Shown here piece by piece: positions 10,260 through 19,409 of a stretch of 64,000 bases of DNA. The position numbers were made by a program, and so were the translations under genes. The DNA is taken from positions 1 to 64,000 of the forward strand of contig JBHIAE010000012.1 in assembly GCA_046758445.1 (NCBI GenBank), in the 5' to 3' direction. Numbering within the stretch: the stretch's first letter is position 1; every line of letters starts with the position of its first letter. This DNA comes from Candidatus Thorarchaeota archaeon. Its GTDB lineage: Archaea > Asgardarchaeota > Thorarchaeia > Thorarchaeales > Thorarchaeaceae. Under the pieces are notes generated by a model. It saw only the letters and a list, made by a program, of their open reading frames with translations. It searched no databases and had not been told where the DNA came from.

Positions 10260-10766
10260 TTGATGAAGATGGACGCAGTTCACTTCGTGAGGAGCATTGC
10301 TAGACACACTAGGAGCTGGCGTGACAGTGCTGTTGAGAGTCTACGCAAAGCAGGATGCACAGACCTGTCCTATAGGCCATCATCTGGTATGTCTGCCTTC
10401 GGATGGCTTTTGGCCCACCAGGCCGCAGTCTTTGATTATACTCTCAACATGCTGATCAAGAAAGAATCTCCCAAGAAACCAGACCTCTTTGCACTATACA
10501 CTCCAGGAACTGAAGGAGAATGGGCCGGAACACCACTCAAAGAGATCGAGCAGTACTACGACTCGTGCGAACAGGACCTGATTGACTGGACAGAGCAAGC
10601 AGACGATGCAGAGCTCGAACGTGTGCTACAGGGAGAAGACATTCCAACGTTCTTTCAGGGAATGAGAGTCATCGACGTCATTGCCAATGCCTTTGTACAC
10701 CTGAACCACCACAATGGTCACCTCAGCGCAATCAAGGGCGATTGGTCTAGTCCAGGTGAGAAGTGA
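10260..10766 (+). CDS. DinB-family protein
   Basis: WLLAHQA...HLNHHNGHL metal triad pattern. Confidence 0.8.
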   Translation: MMKMDAVHFVRSIARHTRSWRDSAVESLRKAGCTDLSYRPSSGMSAFGWLLAHQAAVFDYTLNMLIKKESPKKPDLFALYTPGTEGEWAGTPLKEIEQYYDSCEQDLIDWTEQADDAELERVLQGEDIPTFFQGMRVIDVIANAFVHLNHHNGHLSAIKGDWSSPGEK

Positions 10767-10807
10767 CTTCTTAAGCGGAGGCTAGATATTCCAAGAGGGT
10801 CTTGGGA

Positions 10808-11302
10808 ATGAGCCGCGTCGAGGAGTGGAGCAGACAAATCGATGTGGTTCTAGTCGTCATTGCCATCGTGACACTCTCTGTGTCTCTGTGGATCTGGGTC
10901 ATCGCTCTCCCCATCCCGAGAGAAACCGTCTTCTTGGCAGCAACAATCGCACTTGTGATATCCTTCGTACTTGTCATCAGTGTGGCTATCCTAGTAGTTC
11001 TTAGGCTACAGAGAAGGGTCACCACTCTTGAAGGAATCATCACGACAGGTGATGAGCCCGAAGCAGTCACAGAGGCAGAGCCAGCTATTGTCGTGACACT
11101 TTCAAACACTGAGCGTCGAGTAATCAACAAGCTAGAAGCAGCTGGCGGAATCATGACTCAGGATGAGTTAAGGCGTTCAACCGGTCTGAGTAAGTCCACG
11201 CTAAGTGTGACTCTCTCCAATCTCGAGAGAAAGTCCGTGGTTACACGCGAAACAAGTGGAAGAACAAAGATTGTGAATCTGATAAGAAGGGTCGAACGCT
11301 AG
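10808..11302 (+). CDS. membrane-anchored wHTH (MarR-like) protein
   Basis: 2 TM then LSNTERRVINKL...TQDELRRSTGLSKSTLSVTLSNLERKSVVTRE..GRTKIV. Confidence 0.8.
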   Translation: MSRVEEWSRQIDVVLVVIAIVTLSVSLWIWVIALPIPRETVFLAATIALVISFVLVISVAILVVLRLQRRVTTLEGIITTGDEPEAVTEAEPAIVVTLSNTERRVINKLEAAGGIMTQDELRRSTGLSKSTLSVTLSNLERKSVVTRETSGRTKIVNLIRRVER

Positions 11303-11473
11303 CCTGAAACCGCTATTCTATTGTACGGAACGATTTAGAGGCTTATACGTGCTGCTTTAACTCCCTAGAGCCTCTGTCACGGCGCTTGGCTGCACGGATT
11401 GAACGGTTCACTGAAAACTCCTATTATTGCCTGCTGCATGTTCCACACCAGCATAGACCAGAGGTTCGTATTA

Positions 11474-13282
11474 ATGTATGTCACGAAGCTGAAAGTCTTA
11501 GCACTAGCAGTAGTCGCAAGTATCGGGCTTGTGAGTCTTCTTCCGTCATCAGGTTTCGCACTTCCAGACAGGCTGTATCGACCCACCCAGGTTGCAGAGC
11601 CTTTTACCGAGATGTTGCCTGGGGTATATGTGGCCTATGAGTGGTGGGAGGATGAAGGTCAAAACAAGGGCCGAGAAACGGGGCCTCTCTTTCCAGCTGA
11701 ACCAGTCGAGCCCCCGATAGATGCCGGCATAGAGTTCACTGAAATCAGCGTCAATCCGACAGACCGGATAGACCTGGTTGAGTATCCGCCCTACCCTCTG
11801 ATACACGTAGAAGACGTCCTTGGAAATCCCTACTGGATCCAGGAGGATATTACCTATGAATACTCCTACAACTGGTCTTTCTCGAATTTACTCGTTGCCG
11901 TCCTTCTAGACCCTGACGGCTCCTACATGAAGTGGCTCTCTGAGATTGCATGGTTCGATGTGCCGAAGCTAGTCCACTGGTGGGGATTCTTCTGGTGGCC
12001 CGAACCTGAGGCCCTTTCAGGAGATGAAGTGTTCATCTTCTCGTCCTTCTACCTATCAGAATACAGCTCAAGTTCATACTACAAAGCTGACTTCACATGG
12101 TACGACGAATCGATGAACGAAGTAGATCCAAACGATGTCATCCTGAACCTAGCGCCTGAGTATACTTGGGCCTCTTGGATGAACGAGTCATACGAACATG
12201 AGTATGATTGGTCGTACACGGGATATGGATTCGACATCAACGAGATGTTCGCTGACGACAATCGCACACACTGGATGAACCACTATTTCTCGGGATTGAC
12301 CGCATTCAACGACCTCAACGACAATGGAATCATGGACATTGTCTACAAGAAGGTCGAGTATGATTTTGATGAAGATGGTGTAGTTGACTGGGCCTTCTTT
12401 GAGCTGGATGGAGAGGCCTCTGAGAACGTCTACGACTTCTACGCAGAGAGTGCAGAGATAGGGGACATCGTATTCCCAGAACTGAACTCAGATGGAGAAA
12501 TCGAGTGGAGTGCAGAGGTTGTCAACATAAACGGAAACCTCATGACCTCATATCCACAACCAGTCTGGTTCGGTGGGTGCTGGGACATCGCCGAGCGCCC
12601 GATTGAATACGTAGAACCAGAAAGAATCCCGGTGACAGTTGACAGTCTAGAAATGGTCTATCGTTTCAAGGCGACAGATGAGGCTGCTGTTCTCAAAGTT
12701 GACCAACACATAGGAAACTTCAAGGATCCAGAAACTGGCTTCATTCTCCCTGAGGCCAACGGTCTTGGACTTGCCGCCAAATACTGGAGCTCCTTCTCAG
12801 GGTACACTATGAGGGGCGAACTCGATGATGGAACTGCCCTCTCAGCGACGACGTCTGCATCAGGAGAGGCTCCCCAAGGAGCTCTAAGATTCTTCTCCGA
12901 AAGTCGAGTGAGGACTTCTGTCGAGTTTGGTGGCACCTATGTCTGGGCAAAGGATGGGCTGACCTATGAAGTGGGGTCAGCAGTAATCCCCAATTACTAC
13001 TACATCTTACCTCTCGAGTACGGAACACCTTCTGCAGACTTAGCCTACAGTCTCAATCGATGGTTTGGTCGTACGTACTACTACGTATCATGCTACGCCA
13101 AATGGGATGGCTACGCGATAACGCATGACCCGATTTTCTCCGTGTTTCCCCTCTCAGCTCCCGGGTCGGTGACTAAACTCATAGGCACAATAGTGAACAC
13201 GTCCTTACTAGTTGGTGCCGTGGGCATAGTTGCCATTGCAGTTGTACTTGTGCGAGTAAATAGAGCGCGGAAGCCAATCTAG
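11474..13282 (+). CDS. large acidic secreted surface protein with C-terminal TM anchor
   Basis: signal peptide, D/E/W/Y-rich, DLNDNGIMD and DFDEDGVVD Ca-binding-like motifs, C-terminal TM plus basic tail; start inferred from GAGG RBS. Confidence 0.8.
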   Translation: MYVTKLKVLALAVVASIGLVSLLPSSGFALPDRLYRPTQVAEPFTEMLPGVYVAYEWWEDEGQNKGRETGPLFPAEPVEPPIDAGIEFTEISVNPTDRIDLVEYPPYPLIHVEDVLGNPYWIQEDITYEYSYNWSFSNLLVAVLLDPDGSYMKWLSEIAWFDVPKLVHWWGFFWWPEPEALSGDEVFIFSSFYLSEYSSSSYYKADFTWYDESMNEVDPNDVILNLAPEYTWASWMNESYEHEYDWSYTGYGFDINEMFADDNRTHWMNHYFSGLTAFNDLNDNGIMDIVYKKVEYDFDEDGVVDWAFFELDGEASENVYDFYAESAEIGDIVFPELNSDGEIEWSAEVVNINGNLMTSYPQPVWFGGCWDIAERPIEYVEPERIPVTVDSLEMVYRFKATDEAAVLKVDQHIGNFKDPETGFILPEANGLGLAAKYWSSFSGYTMRGELDDGTALSATTSASGEAPQGALRFFSESRVRTSVEFGGTYVWAKDGLTYEVGSAVIPNYYYILPLEYGTPSADLAYSLNRWFGRTYYYVSCYAKWDGYAITHDPIFSVFPLSAPGSVTKLIGTIVNTSLLVGAVGIVAIAVVLVRVNRARKPI

Positions 13283-13323
13283 GAGCGGGGTCGCGCCCCC
13301 CCCGCTCCAACCTTCTTTTTTTT
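13282..13323 (+). terminator. GC hairpin plus U-tract terminator
   Basis: GGAGCGGGG...CCCCGCTCC followed by a T run. Confidence 0.75.
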
Positions 13324-13342
13324 GGGGCACAAATCAGTCTTC

Positions 13343-14155
13343 CTAGTCACTTGGAGAGAGCACGCTCTCCAGACACGAGGTCAGAAAAGTCCGGGCCTCA
13401 GCAATATTCTCCCGGCGTCTATATGAAACCTCAACCGTCAGAGCCTTGTCGTAACCTCCTCTTAGGAGAGATCCTAAGACGGCCTGAAGGTCTATGACTC
13501 CCGTTCCAGGCTGCAGATACTTTCTACGACCACTTTCATCTAGGAGGCTACCATCACTGTCGCGGAAGTGAACGTTCAGAATCCGTGTATTGAAATCGTG
13601 AATCATCTGCTGAATCTCTGAACCGTTTATGTGCATGAATTCAAGGTCGATTGTGACTCCTAATGGTCGATCTTTGTTGGATTCAATCTGTTTCTTGATG
13701 AACCGGTCAACATCATTCAGATAGGGCACGTTCTCTATCGTCAAAGAGCAACCAGATTCTTCAGACAGGTCTAGCAAAGTACTGAACCTAGCTTGCCAGT
13801 CGATCTCTTGCATCAACTTCTTGTCAGGCGGATGGAACACGGCCACCTTGATTCCTAGCCTTTCGACAAATGGAAACACAGCTTGAATCACTCTGTTGAA
13901 ATCGTCATCGTCGAAGGCTATGAGGAACTTAGGCAAGTGGATGGAATACGGATTTAGACTGAAATCATCTAGCGCCTGCTCAATTGTTCGTGTGACCCAG
14001 CTTGGTCTGTCGTCCATCCATAGCTCCACATTCTCATACCCCGCATCTCGAACCCTGACCAATGTACGAATCTGGTCCAAGAGGAGCCTCTCATTTGATG
14101 GATTTCCCCTGAGGCCTCCAATGGTCGAACAAGACACGAACAGCCAAATCACCAT
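13343..14155 (-). CDS. sugar-phosphate isomerase/epimerase (xylose isomerase-like TIM barrel)
   Basis: VELW, SIHLP, IENVP, IDLEF, NVHFRD, PGTGVID, LTVEV; start re-called. Confidence 0.8.
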   Translation of the reverse strand: MVIWLFVSCSTIGGLRGNPSNERLLLDQIRTLVRVRDAGYENVELWMDDRPSWVTRTIEQALDDFSLNPYSIHLPKFLIAFDDDDFNRVIQAVFPFVERLGIKVAVFHPPDKKLMQEIDWQARFSTLLDLSEESGCSLTIENVPYLNDVDRFIKKQIESNKDRPLGVTIDLEFMHINGSEIQQMIHDFNTRILNVHFRDSDGSLLDESGRRKYLQPGTGVIDLQAVLGSLLRGGYDKALTVEVSYRRRENIAEARTFLTSCLESVLSPSD

Positions 14156-14298
14156 CTCACTGATATACCAGAATCTTCCGCATAGTAATAGGGGACCCCT
14201 CACAGTTTTGAAGATGATGCTATCTGTCTTTTGACTGGTAGAATGGGCGAAGAAGGGGGGTGAAAGAGCTGTCATCACCATACTACGTATCTCTTGTT

Positions 14299-15804
14299 CT
14301 ACTTGCCTTCCTTCTCAGCCGCGTAGTAGACGCATGACTCAACACCCTCGCTTATCAGAGTACGTCTGCCCGCGACAAAGGTCACTATGGTGCTGAAGAA
14401 CATCCCGATGAAGAAGAAGATGGTCCCGATACCTAATGCGACTGTTGTGCCAATCATACGCTCAACGATGAAGAACAAAGCATCACCAGAACCCACCATT
14501 GCCCTTATCCATGCCAGAGGGAATGTTCCCAGTGCCGCGATTATCGCCCCTAGTACGATTCCAAGGAACAACTTCTTTGGCGCCAGCGATAGAGGATTGG
14601 CCACAGGTATGCCGGGAGCCCCCTCAACCTTCTCTCCCTTTATCACGCTCACGATCTTGGAGAAGGACCCAGGAAGCATGAATGCAGTGAGTCTGAGATT
14701 CACCACGATTGTAATCAGAGCTAAGCCAATCCCTAGGAAAATCGTTGCCAGCCCAATTGCCTTACCAGGTCTGACGAGGGGCCCGTACGGCCCAATCACC
14801 CCATTGGCAAATAGCACTGCCAGTCCAAAGAAGGTAATCATCCAAAGTAGTCCAACTACAGCAAGGACAGGGACCCCTCTTGTGGTCGACAGAGGCGCCT
14901 CGATTTCAGGCACGTCAATCCCTGCAGATTCACCAACTGCCTTTCCGAGGTTGGTTCTCTGAGCTCTAATCCACTTGATGATGGTCAGGAGCCAGAAAGC
15001 AATCGAGAAAAGCATGGTTCCTATGCCTATGAACATCCAGTTCTCCCACAGGGGAGTTGGCATGTCTACACTCAGTCTGATGAAGGCGAGAGGAACGAGT
15101 CCAGTGGCAGTTATGATCATCCCCAAGTACGTGACCATCAAGTTCCATTTAGGAAACAGCTTCTGGAAATCATCTGTCTTGGATTCCTTTCCCGTGGCAA
15201 TCTCAATGAGTCTGCCTGGAAGGACAAGGGCCTGCCTACTTAGATTAAGAACAATTGCTGCAAGTCCAAGTGCTATTCCACCAATCAGCAATGAAACACC
15301 AAGACCCTCAAGGGGTTCAGCTAGCACCTCAAAGGTGTGACCCAGGCCAGCATCTATGATGCCGGCTCCCGCTGCCATCCATCCAATGGCAAGAAAAACT
15401 GCAGCCAGCTCAACTAAAATCCCAATGACGAGTAGTTCCGTGAATACTCTAGCAAATAGCGGCGGATGCACCTCTGGTGGTTGCTTATTGATCTTCGCTA
15501 GACTCGTTCTGGCACTCTTCCCAGTAGCGCGAAGATTCATGACAATGGTTGCTATTGCAAATCCTATGCCGAGCTTCAGAATGCCCAGTCCAAAAAGGGG
15601 CACTATCTCTGCGTAGGCTAACAGCACTGCTTCAGTTGTCACTGCAGCAAGATAGACTGTAGAGTCTGTATCTCCGATTCTTCCCAGCTCTGCAATTGTC
15701 ACCTGATTGAGCAATCTGAAGATGCCAACTACAAACGAAACTACGACAACTAAGAACCCGAGAATCAGAATCGACCTGTATCTCTTCACTAACCCGTCCA
15801 TCAA
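14299..15804 (-). CDS. multi-pass membrane protein with five internal repeats
   Basis: about 10 TM; recurring GIxxxLxTIVxxLR motif. Confidence 0.8.
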   Translation of the reverse strand: MMDGLVKRYRSILILGFLVVVVSFVVGIFRLLNQVTIAELGRIGDTDSTVYLAAVTTEAVLLAYAEIVPLFGLGILKLGIGFAIATIVMNLRATGKSARTSLAKINKQPPEVHPPLFARVFTELLVIGILVELAAVFLAIGWMAAGAGIIDAGLGHTFEVLAEPLEGLGVSLLIGGIALGLAAIVLNLSRQALVLPGRLIEIATGKESKTDDFQKLFPKWNLMVTYLGMIITATGLVPLAFIRLSVDMPTPLWENWMFIGIGTMLFSIAFWLLTIIKWIRAQRTNLGKAVGESAGIDVPEIEAPLSTTRGVPVLAVVGLLWMITFFGLAVLFANGVIGPYGPLVRPGKAIGLATIFLGIGLALITIVVNLRLTAFMLPGSFSKIVSVIKGEKVEGAPGIPVANPLSLAPKKLFLGIVLGAIIAALGTFPLAWIRAMVGSGDALFFIVERMIGTTVALGIGTIFFFIGMFFSTIVTFVAGRRTLISEGVESCVYYAAEKEGK

Positions 15805-15895
15805 GACTTCTAGACCCCCACATGAGTTTGCTTTCTATGATGCTAGGTACTCCACCCGATCACTTCTGGTTCAGGTGGAGTGCCTAAAACGTCTA

Positions 15896-16309
15896 CTAGT
15901 TCATCATTGCATCAATGTCAGGCATTGGCACATTCGCCGCTTCGAATGCCTTCTTTAGTCCCTGTACGAACATGTTGCGGTTCTCTTCAGGCCACTGTTT
16001 CACGGCCGCGACGGTGTATTTCAAGTCCGCCTTGTTGATGTTCTCAGGAAGTTGTGGTCCAACCTTCGCTCTAGCAACCAGTATTGCACCCTTCTGCTCG
16101 GGTTCGAGCTTAGCGATGATATTCGTGCGGTCAGCGATGAATGGTGCCTTCTTCTTGTCATCAAGCTTTGAAATCGCCAACACGAGACCCTTTACTGACT
16201 CCACTCTCTGTGGCTCAGGTTGACCGGCTATCATCTTCAGACGTTCCGTAATCATCTGGATCCGCTGCTCTTGTGGAGCATCAGCCAGCATCTTGATCAT
16301 GTCTTCCAT
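15896..16309 (-). CDS. small all-helical protein with six 19-aa repeats
   Basis: RBS GAGTGA; repeats begin at residues 11, 30, 49, 68, 87 and 106. Confidence 0.8.
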   Translation of the reverse strand: MEDMIKMLADAPQEQRIQMITERLKMIAGQPEPQRVESVKGLVLAISKLDDKKKAPFIADRTNIIAKLEPEQKGAILVARAKVGPQLPENINKADLKYTVAAVKQWPEENRNMFVQGLKKAFEAANVPMPDIDAMMN

Positions 16310-16461
16310 ATTTCAATCACTCTTCGAAAACTAATGCAATTGACTTAACAATTGTGAATTTCAATATAAGTCTTGTCGTCCTTCAATCCGCTTATTAGGG
16401 GAACGCACAACCCTACAGAATTGGTTGGCATCTATCTGCAGAAGAGCTGGAGGATCGAGTA

Positions 16462-18240
16462 TTGGCAAGATATCGCTGCACTGTATGCAATTGGGTATAC
16501 GATGAAACCGCTGAGGGAAAGAAGTTCCAGACACTGCCCCACTCCTACACGTGTCCAGTTTGTGGCGCTCCAAAGTCTGCATTCGTCCCGGAGGGAGTAA
16601 GCAAGGGTGATGAATCAATAGATACCACAGTTGCCGAAAAGATTGTTGAGCAGCTTGAAGCCTTCGGGGTCACCAGAGTCTATGGGATCCCCGGTGACTC
16701 AAATCTACCTCTAGTAGAGGCAATTAGGAAGAGTGGCCAGATTGACTTTGTATTGACGCGACACGAGGAAACTGCCGCTTTCATGGCCTCGGCACACGGG
16801 AAGATGACTGATGAACTGGGCGTGTGCATGTCTATCGCAGGTCCAGGCTCGACCAACTTGATCACGGGGTTGATGGACAGTGCAACAGATCGGAGCCCAG
16901 TACTTGCTCTTGTTGGGCAGGTCCCGGAGGTCTACTTAGGCAGTGAGGCCTTTCAAGAGATAGACCAGATTGAACTCTTCAGACCCTTCGCAGAATATGC
17001 GGAAACAGTCGCCAGATCCAATCAGGCTCTCAGACTCGTATTGATGGCAACCAAGTACGCTTTCAAGAAACCCGGGGTTTCCGTGCTAAGCACTCCAACA
17101 GACGTTCTTGTCGACAAGCTTCAAGATCCAATCATCTCACCCGAGAAGAGATTCTTTAGAACTGAAACCGAGGCATCGCATGAGGAGGTTGACAAGGCGG
17201 TCAAGATGATCAATGAGTGTTCCAAACCAGTTGTCTTTGGGGGATGGGGGGCCCGCCATTCAGGAGATCTACTGGTGAGGTTAGCAGAGAAGCTGAAGGC
17301 CCCGATTGCCACGACTTCGCGCGCCAAGGGCATAGTCAGTGAAATCCATCCACTTGCTGTTGGTGTCCTAGGATCCATAGGGATGAAGCATGCAGCCCAG
17401 GCAATCAGGGACAGTGACCTTGTTCTCATAGTAGGCTCTGGATTCAGACAGGCCAATCTCGTTCCAAGTGGAGTCAAGATCCTCCAGATTGACCACGACT
17501 CAACGCGAATCGGAAAGACGTTTGATGTCGACCTTGGACTTGTTGGGGATGCAGGAAAGGTCTTGCGGGAAATCACTGAGAGAGTTGAGGAGAAGCAGGA
17601 GAACAAGAAGTTCCTCAAGAAGGTTCAAGAGATCAGAGAGGAACACGAGACAGAACTTGCGGAATTCGCAAAAGACACAGCTACTCCCATTAGCCCTGGG
17701 TATCTCATCCAGGCGCTGAAGAGAACTGTTGACAAGAATGCCGTGATCACCGTGGATGTGGGAGACCACACCTACTGGTCGTTTGGCACGTTCATTACAG
17801 AGGGCCAGAGGTTCTACCTCTGTGCCAACATGGCAAGCATGGGATTCGCATTACCTGCAGCAATCTCTGCCGCTTTCAACTTCCCAGACAGGCAAATCGT
17901 ATGCCTGACAGGTGATGGCGGCTTCGGTATGGTGATGGCAGATTTCACCACAGCAGTCAGGGAGAACCTTCCAATCAAGGTGATTGTGTTCAATGACAGT
18001 ATGCTGAAGAACATCAAGAAGGAACAGAACCGTGACGGCTATCCTGAGTATGGCATCTTCTTTCCGAATCCTAGCTTTGCTGAGTTTGCCAAGTCATCAG
18101 GTGGTTTTGGTGTCCGAGTGGAGGATCCCATGAAGTTAGACGCAGCCCTAAAGGACGCATTCAAGTCTGACAAACCGGCTCTCGTTGAAGTTCTAGTTGA
18201 TCCTGAGAAGATGAGGGCAAGTACTAGGAGAGTGGATTAG
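16462..18240 (+). CDS. rubredoxin-fused thiamine-diphosphate enzyme (pyruvate oxidase/acetolactate synthase family)
   Basis: N-terminal CTVCNWVYD..EG..F..LP..YTCPVCGAPK; YGIPGDS, RHEE, GPGSTN, GDGGF..N TPP motif. Confidence 0.9.
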   Translation: MARYRCTVCNWVYDETAEGKKFQTLPHSYTCPVCGAPKSAFVPEGVSKGDESIDTTVAEKIVEQLEAFGVTRVYGIPGDSNLPLVEAIRKSGQIDFVLTRHEETAAFMASAHGKMTDELGVCMSIAGPGSTNLITGLMDSATDRSPVLALVGQVPEVYLGSEAFQEIDQIELFRPFAEYAETVARSNQALRLVLMATKYAFKKPGVSVLSTPTDVLVDKLQDPIISPEKRFFRTETEASHEEVDKAVKMINECSKPVVFGGWGARHSGDLLVRLAEKLKAPIATTSRAKGIVSEIHPLAVGVLGSIGMKHAAQAIRDSDLVLIVGSGFRQANLVPSGVKILQIDHDSTRIGKTFDVDLGLVGDAGKVLREITERVEEKQENKKFLKKVQEIREEHETELAEFAKDTATPISPGYLIQALKRTVDKNAVITVDVGDHTYWSFGTFITEGQRFYLCANMASMGFALPAAISAAFNFPDRQIVCLTGDGGFGMVMADFTTAVRENLPIKVIVFNDSMLKNIKKEQNRDGYPEYGIFFPNPSFAEFAKSSGGFGVRVEDPMKLDAALKDAFKSDKPALVEVLVDPEKMRASTRRVD

Positions 18241-18302
18241 ACAAAGCGGATTGCACAACACCAATAAGAAGCACGTGTCAGAAACGAAGTGAGGAGAGCG
18301 AA

Positions 18303-19022
18303 ATGTCAGAAGATTCTGACGAAGATTCACGGTTTGGCCTGCTTATCCCTATAGTGGTCTTGCTAATCGTCATGATATATACTGGTGTGGTGTGGATACT
18401 CATACCGATTGGCGTACTCGTGATTGTTTTCTTCTCTGAGAGTTCAGAACGCCGGAGAATTGAGGCGAAACGACGCGATATTGACCATTGGAAGGCGCCC
18501 GAACCTGGAACGATAACTTCCGGCTATGTTCCGGAAAGCCCGACCCCTGATCCCAAGCCAATCTATGACAGACAGAAAAGAAAAGACGAAGGGGTTGCCT
18601 TTGGGACTTTGATTCCAATATTCATCATTGGCTGGCTATACGTTTCAACTAACTCGTGGGTCTTCTTGATACCATTGGCGGTCCTTGTTATCTCATTCTT
18701 GGGTAGCATAGTGAATAGTGCAAGGGGTCGTTCCGAAGTCAGAGATGAGATTCAGAAGGGTGACGCCCGCACTGTTCAGGACATAGCTAACAGAACAGGC
18801 ATGCCTGAGGAAAGAGTAAGAAGACACATTGTCAGGGAGAAGAGAAGCGGTGCCGCTGATGTTTGGTTTGACCCGTCAACCGGTGAAACTACACCCTCCC
18901 CAGTTAGAGTTGCTGAACCCGAGTCAGCAGGCACTCCAACCGGTTGCAAGTACTGCGGCTTTGCTCTCAAATCCGAGGATCGATTCTGTCCTTATTGCGG
19001 TGCTCCTGTCATGGCAGGCTAA
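18303..19022 (+). CDS. membrane protein with duplicated TM hairpin, HTH-like segment and C-terminal zinc ribbon
   Basis: FGxLIP...WxLIPxxVL twice; TVQDIANRTGMPEERVR; CKYCG..FCPYCG. Confidence 0.75.
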   Translation: MSEDSDEDSRFGLLIPIVVLLIVMIYTGVVWILIPIGVLVIVFFSESSERRRIEAKRRDIDHWKAPEPGTITSGYVPESPTPDPKPIYDRQKRKDEGVAFGTLIPIFIIGWLYVSTNSWVFLIPLAVLVISFLGSIVNSARGRSEVRDEIQKGDARTVQDIANRTGMPEERVRRHIVREKRSGAADVWFDPSTGETTPSPVRVAEPESAGTPTGCKYCGFALKSEDRFCPYCGAPVMAG

Positions 19023-19112
19023 TGGCCTCTCCGAGAACCCTCAATCAATTGAGCCACTCAGGAATCACCTTTAATACAGGGTACCATTTGCCACAAGTTG
19101 GAGCCGAATCAC

Positions 19113-19406
19113 ATGACCATGAGATATCGTATTGTCGCACGCGTATCAGAACTCAGAAGCGAATCACACTCGAAACCCTGCGGCTTGTATAAGCTTGGTG
19201 ATGAGTTTGATCTCACCAAGGAAGAAGAGCGAGCCAAGGTCTGCAGGTGGGCGTACAACTCAATGTTCCCATTTCTCACAGTGCTCGAGTTCGGAGGAGC
19301 ACTTCCCTGGGAGCCTGATCCACAGAAGGCATTTGTCGCCTGTCCTGACCCGCGTAATGTGGTTGTGTTCGAACTGGAGCGCAAGGAAGAGTTGGCAGAA
19401 GCCTAG
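19113..19406 (+). CDS. TIGR04076-family protein
   Basis: CGLYKLGDEF...VCRWAYNSMFP...GGALPW...ACPDP.NVVVFEL. Confidence 0.8.
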   Translation: MTMRYRIVARVSELRSESHSKPCGLYKLGDEFDLTKEEERAKVCRWAYNSMFPFLTVLEFGGALPWEPDPQKAFVACPDPRNVVVFELERKEELAEA

Positions 19407-19409
19407 GCC

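Noticed and set aside
14387-15616. Long antisense ORFs (also 47486..48055, 45310..45669 and similar)
   Set aside because: Shadow frames opposite well-supported genes; no motifs.
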